Shown here: piece by piece, positions 1-7,764 of the stretch | How the letters are laid out: each line of letters begins with the position of its first letter | How positions within the stretch are numbered: position 1 is the stretch's first letter | Virus record (IMG/VR): IMGVR_UViG_3300017989_000063 | Source of the DNA: an uncultured virus (IMG/VR IMGVR_UViG_3300017989_000063) | Taxonomy: Duplodnaviria > Heunggongvirae > Uroviricota > Caudoviricetes | Length of the DNA: 64,000 nucleotides | Reading direction: 5' to 3' (one strand) | Notes under the pieces: model-generated | What the model saw: only the letters and a program-made list of their open reading frames with translations | Told to the model about the DNA's origin: nothing | Database searches by the model: none | Position numbers and translations under genes: made by a program

Positions 1-1240
1 GCCTGGACATGCCCGCGGCGCACCGTAACCAGGGGACCTAACCTAGACGGCCGAGTCGTGTACCACCGCAACATGCCGCGATAGACCCATCCCTACCTGG
101 ACGGCCGAGGCGCACGTTGACGGGTCACGACTCACCCAACCTTGGCGGCCCAGCGATACCGCTGACCTGATTCGCCCGAACTAGTGTTGCCCGAACAGGA
201 CTTGTCACGACAGGCTCGCCTCGCGGAAGCCTAGACTTCCAAGGTCGCGCCTTCCATGACAGCCAGAACAAGAACCCGGGATGCCGACCGTGCTCCACCT
301 AGACGGCCCTGCCAAGTCGATGCCATCCATTCCAGGACTCACGTCGGCAGACCGTAACGGGACGGCCGGGACGTGCCGCAGCCCAACTAAGGATAGCTAG
401 CCCAACCCTGACGGCCAAGACAGCGCCATCCTAAACGGGACTCGTCCCACCGATGTTGACCTAACCGCAACGGCCAAGTCGCGCAATACCTAACCCAGAC
501 TCGGCCCACCGTAGTAGACCTAACCTCGACGGCCTCACAGCACCAGGTGCAACCAACAGCACGACTCGCGGAAACTCGTCCAACCTAGACGGCCAGACCT
601 CTCCGCACCAATGCACACAAGTCGTACCATTCCTTGACGGCCTCGACAAAGCTGACCATGCCGACCGGTCCTGGACGCGACTCGTCTTGCCTTGACGGGC
701 GAGCCTTAACGCGTCCTGCCTCTTCGGACCGTACCTCTCCACTTCTCAACACGACGGCCGCACCATCAACGAGCAGCGCCAGCGACCTGTCTTGCCGAAC
801 GGTAGCTTGCCTTGACGGCCAAGACCAAGCCCACCATTCCGTACCGCATTCCGAAGCCGCCTCACGCAGCCACGACGGCCGCACCATCCCAGACCTGACA
901 TGGCTCACTATGCCTGACCTCGACGGCCCCGACCTGCCGTACCCTCCATAACAGGAGCAACCGGAACTCTCCAAGACGGCCCGGCCAAACAGAACCTAGA
1001 CATCCGATTCCTGGACGCGACTCGCCTCGACGGCCACGCCCCCCGCAGCACCTCAACTCAACATTACAAGTTCTACCAAGACGGCCTGGCCGAGCCATAC
1101 CCCGGCGCACCATGATAGTCGATGCCTGACATGACGGCCTAACCATAGCGCGCCTGACCTTGGGAAACCTCACCCCGCCACTGCGCGAAGTACCATGACG
1201 GCCCCACCAATCCGCACCACGTCTTCTGTCTCGGATTGGA
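1..1240 (-). repeat. Non-coding array of >=22 units of 44-65 nt with 5-nt GGY-NN periodicity (putative guide-RNA array); runs off the left edge
   Basis: GACGGCC or a close variant on + at 46,100,144,209,258,302,361,410,469,528,588,636,694,753,814,874,922,975,1029,1080,1133,1197. Between anchors the sequence reads NN-RCC-NN-RCC, e.g. from 1087: TG GCC GA GCC AT ACC CC GGC GC ACC AT. Lies directly downstream of the 1747..2526 and 1241..1750 genes. Confidence 0.9.
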
Positions 1241-1750
1241 CTAGAGCGCGTCGATCTCGGCGAAGACGCCGGCGAGCTGCTTCAGGTCCCGGTACTTCTC
1301 TCGGAACGCCTTGAGCTCACGCTTCGCCGTGCGAAGAGCAGCATCTCGCATCTCCGCGTTGCTCATCACCACCTTGGTCGGCGCGGTCACGCGCTCGATG
1401 GTGACGTCCATCGTGTCGGGTTCGGAGGGGTCGGCCTCCTCGAACTCGACGTCGAGGGTGAGGAACGCGCGGATGGGGTGCTGCTCCTCATCGTCGGTCT
1501 CGGGCAGGTAGAGGATGGACCGCAGGACGTACCCAGCCTGGCTGCGCCAGTGGGCCTCGGCGGCCTCCTCCACGGTGCGGTCGAAGATGGCCTGCCCGAG
1601 CGGACTGCGCTTCGCCCGTCGGGCCGCGGTGACCAGAACGTCGGCGCCCGCGTCGCCGTGCTCCTCGTAGAGCTCGAGGATCTGATCGCCGATGGCCTGG
1701 GCGTCGTGGGCCAGCAGCCCGCGCGCCATCTTCTTCCACGAGAAGATCAT
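1241..1750 (-). CDS. Accessory protein (169 aa) coupled to the RAMP-like gene
   Basis: ATG at 1750 overlaps the TGA of the upstream gene (ATGA). Sequence DAQAIGDQILEL..AARRAKRSPLGQAIFD..AAEAHWRSQAGYVLRSI, with a helical C-terminus. Confidence 0.85.
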   Translation of the reverse strand: MIFSWKKMARGLLAHDAQAIGDQILELYEEHGDAGADVLVTAARRAKRSPLGQAIFDRTVEEAAEAHWRSQAGYVLRSILYLPETDDEEQHPIRAFLTLDVEFEEADPSEPDTMDVTIERVTAPTKVVMSNAEMRDAALRTAKRELKAFREKYRDLKQLAGVFAEIDAL

Positions 1751-2526
1751 CGCTTCACCACCATGAAGCGTCCCCACTGGCCGCCCTTCTCCGGGCGGTT
1801 CTCGAGGACACCGACACCGAAGCCCGCGCGGTCGAGCAGGTGGGTCAGCTGGTTGGGCTTGATGAGGGAGGGGTCGTACTCGATGGTGACGTCCGCCTCC
1901 CACTCGGCGAACTCGCACCGGAAGCGGAGGTCGGACTTGCCCATGCCGATGGTGACGTTGTCCTCGCGCATCGTCGGCGGGTTCTTGCTCTGGATGGTGA
2001 CCAGGTCACCGTCCGCAGCGTCGCCGACCACGAAGAACATGCCGCGGGTCGCCGCCATCGTCGGACCGTCGATGTGCCGGACGGCCGACACCATCGCCTT
2101 GGCGAACGCCACGGACGGGATGCCGAAGGTCCCCTTGGCGAATGCCTTCTTCAGCTTGTCCGTGAGCTCGAGCAGCTTGTTGTAGTCGAGGGTCTCGCCC
2201 TCGGCGAGCTGCGGGATGACCAGGGGATCGACCTCGGAGGGCTTGCCCTTGATCCAGTACGCCGAGTCGACGCACTCCTTGTGCGGGTTGCGGGGGCCCT
2301 TCTTCTGCTTGGGGATCTGGAGCTGCTTGGCCAGGATCTCCAGCTTGCCCTTCTCGGCCCACTTGTGCGGGACGAGCGGAGACCCGGGCCGGTTGCGCAC
2401 CCTGACGCGGATGCGCTCCGTCCTCACCGGCGGGAACGAGACGGACACGAGCCCGCCTCCTTTCTTCGCCGCGGGCTTCTTCTTGGCCGGCGCCTTCTTC
2501 GTCGCTGTCTTCTTCGCAGTTGCCAC
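1747..2526 (-). CDS. Stand-alone Cas7/RAMP-superfamily-like protein with a Lys/Ala-rich N-terminal tail
   Basis: GTG start with AGGAGGTG RBS. RAMP-like motifs: RIRVRVRN-PGSPL, FGIPSVAFAKAMVSAV (cf. IPGSSLKGALR), RFRCEFAEWEADVTIEYD, and the terminal Gly-rich loop AGFGVGVLENRPEKGGQWGRFMV. Confidence 0.75.
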   Translation of the reverse strand: MATAKKTATKKAPAKKKPAAKKGGGLVSVSFPPVRTERIRVRVRNRPGSPLVPHKWAEKGKLEILAKQLQIPKQKKGPRNPHKECVDSAYWIKGKPSEVDPLVIPQLAEGETLDYNKLLELTDKLKKAFAKGTFGIPSVAFAKAMVSAVRHIDGPTMAATRGMFFVVGDAADGDLVTIQSKNPPTMREDNVTIGMGKSDLRFRCEFAEWEADVTIEYDPSLIKPNQLTHLLDRAGFGVGVLENRPEKGGQWGRFMVVKR

Positions 2527-2560
2527 AGAACACCTCCTATGCCCCGTCGTAAATATGGGG

Positions 2561-2578
2561 CTTCATTAAACTTATACC
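2561..2578 (-). promoter_or_regulatory. Phage ATAAG promoter-like motif upstream of the RAMP-like operon
   Basis: Minus strand GGTATAAGTTTAATGAAG; one of 12 similar copies in the window. Confidence 0.7.
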
Positions 2579-2615
2579 GGATGAGTTGCCGGTTTGCTGG
2601 AGGGCACTGAGCAAT

Positions 2616-2653
2616 AAAAAAGACCGGACACCTCCCGAAGGAAGCGCCCGGCC
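2616..2653 (-). terminator. Intrinsic terminator closing the tmRNA/tRNA-like cluster
   Basis: GGCCGGGCGCTTCC-TTCG-GGAGGTGTCCGGTC followed by T6 on the minus strand. Confidence 0.8.
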
Positions 2654-2701
2654 AGCTGCGAACAACCGCGCTACGCCACTCGCGGCTTGTTCTTGAATGG
2701 G

Positions 2702-2786
2702 TGGCCGCCTGCAGGAGCACGATCTCGCTGCAGGAGGGGGGGAAAGCACTAAGGGAGCTGTGGTCCCAATCCCCTGCAGGCGGCCA
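2702..2786 (-). ncRNA. Unassigned stem-loop RNA candidate
   Basis: Perfect 14-bp terminal stem TGGCCGCCTGCAGG (2702-2715) / CCTGCAGGCGGCCA (2773-2786), lying between the tRNA-like RNA and the terminator. Confidence 0.4.
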
Positions 2787-2792
2787 TAGAAC

Positions 2793-2890
2793 TGGAACAG
2801 GGGGCGGGATTTGAACCCGCGAAGCTCAGCGCAGTCCGGCTTTGCTGAGCACCATCGTGGGCGCCTTTGGCCTGTCTCGGCAACCCTGTT
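2793..2890 (-). tRNA. tRNA-like RNA without a canonical anticodon arm (isotype not assignable)
   Basis: Acceptor AACAGGG/CCCTGTT, D arm GCCGAGACAGGCCAAAGGC, T arm GCGGG-TTCAAAT-CCCGC, 3' CCA. The central region carries a GCTCAGC/GCTGAGC stem instead of a standard 5-bp stem with 7-nt loop. Confidence 0.6.
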
Positions 2891-2897
2891 CGAGAAC

Positions 2898-3273
<376 letters not shown>

Positions 3274-3308
3274 AAGCTGTCAGAGAGCTGTGTCCTAGGG
3301 TACCTGGT

Positions 3309-4301
3309 CTACTCCGGTCTGTCCATCCGTTCGAGGATGGGCTCGAAGATCGCGCGCAGGTACTCGATGGTCTTGGCCTGCGTCCAGGCGTGGACGACGA
3401 TGCAGGTGGACAGCGCACGGTCCCCCTTCCAGACGCCCTCGTTCTCGTAGGTCACGTTGTCGGCCGCGGCTAGGTCCCGGATGCGCTCCACACAGAAGAG
3501 GTTGTGGCACTCGACCTTGATGTTGATGACGCGCTTCCGCGGACCGATGGTGAGACGGAAGAGGGGGAGGATGTCTCTGCACTCGAACCAGGGCTCGTTG
3601 TTGTTCTGGTCCGAGTAGTACTGGTTCGGGATCTCCTCGCGCTCGACGGGGTGGCCGACGATCTCCTCGATGGCGGCGAACACGCGATCGAAGTACTTGT
3701 CGTGGCGGACGCGGATGGGGTCCTGCGGCAGCTCGGCCTCGCGGCAGACACTGGCGTCCATCACGACCCAACCGTCGCTCTTGTTGCCGGTGCGCACGAC
3801 GAGCCGGCCGTCGAGTCCCGGGAGCATCGGCTCCGGCTTGAGGTCGGGGTTCGCCTCGAGCACGGACTCGAGGATCTTCTTGTCGTTGACGTCCGGGGCG
3901 AGGCTCTTCTCCTGGGCGCGCAGCACCTCCCGGAACGTCTCGAGCTGCTTCTTGTCGAGGTCGCGCCAGGTCGTTCCTTCGGCGTGACCGAGCTCCTTCA
4001 TGATCCGTGCGGCGCCGGCCCTTCGGATCTCGGTGCAGAGATCGTCGATGCGCTCTCCGCGGATGCGCCACATCCGGAGGACGACTCCGTTGATGAACTT
4101 GTCGTCCTGCTCGTCGAACTCGTTGCGAGTCCCAGACGGCTGGAAGACGGCGGAGCAGTAGTTGGCAGCCAGGTAGATCGCAGGCTTGCCGCAGCTGCTG
4201 CAGGAGAAGTGTGACGAACACAGATCCGAGCTCATCATTCCTCCGCCTCCGGACCAGGCGTGAGCTCCGCACAGGCAAGGGGGCATGTCTTCGTGAAGCA
4301 T
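3309..4301 (-). CDS. Phage hypothetical protein with N-terminal Cys cluster
   Basis: ATG overlaps the upstream stop (TGATG); CLC..CSSC; C-terminal EPWF..IGPRKRVINI..VHAWT block. Confidence 0.8.
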   Translation of the reverse strand: MLHEDMPPCLCGAHAWSGGGGMMSSDLCSSHFSCSSCGKPAIYLAANYCSAVFQPSGTRNEFDEQDDKFINGVVLRMWRIRGERIDDLCTEIRRAGAARIMKELGHAEGTTWRDLDKKQLETFREVLRAQEKSLAPDVNDKKILESVLEANPDLKPEPMLPGLDGRLVVRTGNKSDGWVVMDASVCREAELPQDPIRVRHDKYFDRVFAAIEEIVGHPVEREEIPNQYYSDQNNNEPWFECRDILPLFRLTIGPRKRVINIKVECHNLFCVERIRDLAAADNVTYENEGVWKGDRALSTCIVVHAWTQAKTIEYLRAIFEPILERMDRPE

Positions 4302-4618
4302 CAGGTGGGCTCCTTTCCGCTCGGCAACTCGAGGTCGACGCCGAAGCGCTTGAGGTCGTGGAAGAGAATGCGCGTCTCGATCTTCGTGCGCAGTCCCTCG
4401 AGGGGATCCGTCTCGCACCAGAGGAACAGCTCCGACTCCGGATCCGCGCCGGAGTCAGTGAACTCGTCGAAGACCTGGCGCAGCACGAGGTTCTTCCGGA
4501 CCATGACGATCTTGCCCTCGACGTGCTCCTTGCCGACTCGAAGAGGGAGCTTCCACGGACGTCCTGGGATGTAGTCGGCGATGCGCTCGGCGAAGCCGGT
4601 GATGGTCTCGGTCTCCAT
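4301..4618 (-). CDS. Hypothetical protein
   Basis: GGAGG RBS; follows the promoter motif at 4657. Confidence 0.75.
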   Translation of the reverse strand: METETITGFAERIADYIPGRPWKLPLRVGKEHVEGKIVMVRKNLVLRQVFDEFTDSGADPESELFLWCETDPLEGLRTKIETRILFHDLKRFGVDLELPSGKEPT

Positions 4619-4656
4619 CTTCTTCCTCCCTGTTAAGGTGAAACGAGCCTGCCTCG

Positions 4657-4674
4657 CTTCATCCTACTTATACC
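4657..4674 (-). promoter_or_regulatory. Phage ATAAG promoter-like motif
   Basis: GGTATAAGTAGGATGAAG, identical to the copy at 10790-10807. Confidence 0.7.
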
Positions 4675-4788
4675 GGGAGAGTCCGTCTTCTCACACGTAA
4701 GCGAGAGACCCTGGTGGTCTCTGCGCTCTCGTTGGGAATCGCGTCCACCCCCGGACGGGGGCGACTGGTTGCTCGCGGTGTGGATCCG

Positions 4789-5097
4789 CTAGCTGGCGGC
4801 GGCCTCGGTGGCCTCGCGCTCGGCCTTCTTCTCGCGGTGGTTGCGCACGATCCAGCCGACGCCGCGGCGCAGGCCGGTGGTCGTGACGAGCGCCACGCCG
4901 GTGGTCACGAGGGTCGCGGTCACGGGCTTGTTGATGAAGGTCTCCTCCGCGACCCGACGCCCGACCGCCAGCGCCACGCCGGTGACCGCGCCGCCCACGA
5001 CGCCGTCGAACGGCGACAGCAGGCTGCCGCGCATGAACCGCTCGCCGATGCCCGGTCCGTCTTTCTGGGCCTTCTCGTCCTTCTTCTTCGCTGCCAT
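4789..5097 (-). CDS. Small putative membrane protein
   Basis: GGAGG RBS; two Gly/Val/Thr-rich hydrophobic stretches; motif at 5195-5212 upstream. Confidence 0.7.
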   Translation of the reverse strand: MAAKKKDEKAQKDGPGIGERFMRGSLLSPFDGVVGGAVTGVALAVGRRVAEETFINKPVTATLVTTGVALVTTTGLRRGVGWIVRNHREKKAEREATEAAAS

Positions 5098-5244
5098 GGT
5101 CTCGCACCTCCTCGAGGGTTGGTTGTTTCGACGACCGCGGGCCTGTCCCACAGCCGTCGACCTTGCAAGGCAAGATTTTTCAGCGAACCTTTCGCTTCAT
5201 CTTTCTTATCCCAGGAAGCTGACTGGATTTTCGGGTTTTCTAGG

Positions 5245-5955
5245 TCAGCCACTCCAAATGGAGTCCATTTGCTCTTCTAGATCCATCAGGACGTGCCTCC
5301 CGGTGATCTCCATCTCCAGAAACCGGACAGGCTCGTCAGGAGGAAGCTGTGGATACCGAGGTCGATCGTCAAGGAACCTGAAAGGAGAGATAGCCTCAAA
5401 GTCGAGGCGTGGCCCACTGTACTCTCCCCTGACATGAGTCCCCTCAAACCACTCCGGAGGCGTCGTAAGAGGCAAAGAATACCCACGGGATCCGATCTCC
5501 TCCGACCTCTTTCGTCTCTTCTTCCGACGACGCTTCTTCTTCTTTTGTCTCTCCAACCTCTTTCGACGTCGGTACTCCTCGGACAGTCGTTTATCTTCCT
5601 CTTCGGGGATCCCGAATAGATCGATTGCGTGGATCCAGTCGTAGCCATCACACTTTTGCCGAATGACTGTGATTTCCAGCCAATCGGACAGGAATTTGGC
5701 TCGATAGATCTCGCGGTAGTAAGTGCACTCCTTGGTGAGTTTCACAAGCTGTAGAGAAACTCCAGCCCTTCTGATGAGGCGGTGAGAGACCAGCTTGTCG
5801 GGGGAGAATACAGCAGCTAGAGAGTCACTCACTTCTCTAGATCGATACACGAAAAATTGATCGAGCCTGTCCCAGATTAGGTCGGTAATGCTGAGAGGTC
5901 CATAGACGGCTTCTGGTATAGCTGCGACGTTGGCGGGGAGCTCAATCGTTTTCAT
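5245..5955 (-). CDS. Hypothetical protein, lower GC, with an Arg/Lys-rich tract
   Basis: 236-aa ORF with AGGAG RBS. Confidence 0.65.
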   Translation of the reverse strand: MKTIELPANVAAIPEAVYGPLSITDLIWDRLDQFFVYRSREVSDSLAAVFSPDKLVSHRLIRRAGVSLQLVKLTKECTYYREIYRAKFLSDWLEITVIRQKCDGYDWIHAIDLFGIPEEEDKRLSEEYRRRKRLERQKKKKRRRKKRRKRSEEIGSRGYSLPLTTPPEWFEGTHVRGEYSGPRLDFEAISPFRFLDDRPRYPQLPPDEPVRFLEMEITGRHVLMDLEEQMDSIWSG

Positions 5956-5989
5956 CAGGTACTCCTCTCCAACGAAGCGCAGAGACTAG

Positions 5990-7150
5990 TCAAGGCTTTT
6001 CACTCATCTTGCTCGAGCCCGACGTGATCGGGTCTCCAGGCTTGCCACCGCGTGGATAGGGGTTGATGAACCGCAGCTCGGGCCTCGAGTGGCCCGGTCC
6101 GCACCAGTAGATCTTCTCGTGGAACGTGACCATGTGCCGCCGCGGCGACGTGCGCCGATCGCCAGCCGGTCGACGACCCTCGTACACGGCGCGCTCGATG
6201 CTCTCGCCCACGATCCGGATCTCAGAGAACGACCGACGGCTGTCTCGGCGCTGCTTCTTCGGGTTCTTGCTCTTCGTTCTGGGCACGGGCTTGATGATCC
6301 GGATCTCGGGCTTGCCAGTGAGGTAGAGCAGCAGCGAGAAGACGACCCGGGCGCAGCGCGTGGCCGTGGCCTGGTGCTGTCCGGCCGTCACCGGGTCGCT
6401 CGTCAGTACGGTCGGGTCGGTCCACCCCTTCTTCTTGTGGGCCTCCGAGACGCTGATGAGCGCGCGAGTGCTGACGGCGTCCTCGACGTCGGAGTAGCGG
6501 TCGGGGAAGTCGTCCATGAAGATGCCCATGTAGCAGATGGCGTCGTCTCCGAAGTCGGAGCTATTCTCGTTGGGCATCCCCCACATCAGGATCCGGATGG
6601 CTCCCAGCTCTCCTCCCTCGCCCGGGCCCGGCTCGTCGAATCGAAGGTCCTTGCGAATCTCGGAGACGATGTTGTGCTCCTCAACCAGGATCTGCTGACT
6701 GTCCCAGCACTCCTGCTTGGTCAGCATGGAGACGTAGACCCCGCCGACGGTGTGCCACTCCGTGGGTCCGCCCCACAGCTTCCACTCGCAGCCCGGGAGG
6801 GCGACGTAGAACGAGGGGATCGGGGTCCGGATGTGCTCGGGCTTGATGACGGAGAGGTCCGTGCGTCCCATCATCCGCTGCAGCTCGGGCCCGATGGCGT
6901 AGACCTTCTGGCCGTAGCGAATGAAGTCCGCGGCCGAGAAGATCGTCTGCTCCATCGACCCTCGGACCTCGTAGGGAACGGCGAAGCTGATCGACGAGAA
7001 GAACTCGGTGATGTTCGACTCGGCGTGCTCTCGCTTCCCGGCCGAGATCAGCTTGGTCGTCTCGAGTAGCTGGTCGAGGACGTTGCTCCTGGCGCACGCC
7101 TTCTTCCACTGGGTGTAGTGCTCGAACGGCTCGACGTCTCTCCTGTTCAT
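5990..7150 (-). CDS. Phage hypothetical protein (386 aa)
   Basis: RBS before ATG 7150; C-terminal SPRRHMVTFHEKIYWCGPG..RFINPY motif. Confidence 0.8.
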   Translation of the reverse strand: MNRRDVEPFEHYTQWKKACARSNVLDQLLETTKLISAGKREHAESNITEFFSSISFAVPYEVRGSMEQTIFSAADFIRYGQKVYAIGPELQRMMGRTDLSVIKPEHIRTPIPSFYVALPGCEWKLWGGPTEWHTVGGVYVSMLTKQECWDSQQILVEEHNIVSEIRKDLRFDEPGPGEGGELGAIRILMWGMPNENSSDFGDDAICYMGIFMDDFPDRYSDVEDAVSTRALISVSEAHKKKGWTDPTVLTSDPVTAGQHQATATRCARVVFSLLLYLTGKPEIRIIKPVPRTKSKNPKKQRRDSRRSFSEIRIVGESIERAVYEGRRPAGDRRTSPRRHMVTFHEKIYWCGPGHSRPELRFINPYPRGGKPGDPITSGSSKMSEKP

Positions 7151-7306
7151 CGTGGTCTCCCCTTCCACAAGAAACAAAAATGAAGTCGCAGGACTCGAAC
7201 CTGCGATCATCTCCTTGCGCTTCACCAGTCTTATCACCGTTTCCATCTTCGTTTTTCGCTTGACATCCGAGGAGAATCTGATCAGTCTGGCGGCGGAGGT
7301 AGAACC

Positions 7307-7513
7307 ATGACCACAGCCCATCTGATCGCCATCGTATTGCTCGTCCTCTTCGCGCTCCTCGTCATCGCGACGATGATCTACGTGATCGTCTTCCGCGGTA
7401 ACGAGCAGCCGAACGACGAGCACAGTGATGGTCCAGATGGGCTTGGATCGACCCCTTGGACGAGGCACGCCGTGGCGTGCACCGCGCAGACCCTGGGCGT
7501 CTGTCTGCGGTAA
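7307..7513 (+). CDS. Small single-TM membrane protein
   Basis: GGAGG RBS, TTGACA at 7260, N-terminal hydrophobic helix. Confidence 0.65.
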   Translation: MTTAHLIAIVLLVLFALLVIATMIYVIVFRGNEQPNDEHSDGPDGLGSTPWTRHAVACTAQTLGVCLR

Positions 7514-7764
7514 CGGGTGAGGCTGATCGACTACGATCGCTGGAGCCCACGCCATGGAGCGTAGCCGACTCTAAGGGGGAGTCGTAGCTACTCGAGGCCG
7601 GTCGCCGCCACGTAGGGTGGGACCGGCCTCGTCCTATTCTTGGGAGTAAAAGTGGGCCGTCGAGAGGTATCGACGGCCCGGGGTGCCTCCCGTGCCCGAC
7701 CGTCGGCCTCTCAGCCTATGGTCACTACGATCCCATCGCCACCTTCCTTCCGGGCCCTCGAGGG

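Noticed and set aside
461..1173. ORFs 461..742, 585..974, 634..951, 862..1173
   Set aside because: They overlap on both strands, have no RBS, and their translations merely echo the repeat (RPS/DG). The periodicity is 5, not 3.
1..1240. Canonical CRISPR array
   Set aside because: The conserved part is only about 7 nt, the intervening sequence is itself 5-nt periodic, and there is no 23-47-nt direct repeat or recognisable cas1/cas2.
1751..1918. N-terminal extension of the 1241..1918 ORF
   Set aside because: It overlaps the RAMP-like gene; the coupled ATG at 1750 is the better start.
2622..2655. SRP RNA-like CCGAAGGAAGC on the + strand
   Set aside because: It is the reverse complement of a UUCG-capped terminator, and the rest of SRP domain IV is absent.
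7151..7555. 521-aa version of the 5990 gene, or a full tRNA at ~7180-7250
   Set aside because: The extension crosses a promoter, a hairpin and an opposite-strand gene. Only a T arm is present, with no D or anticodon arm.
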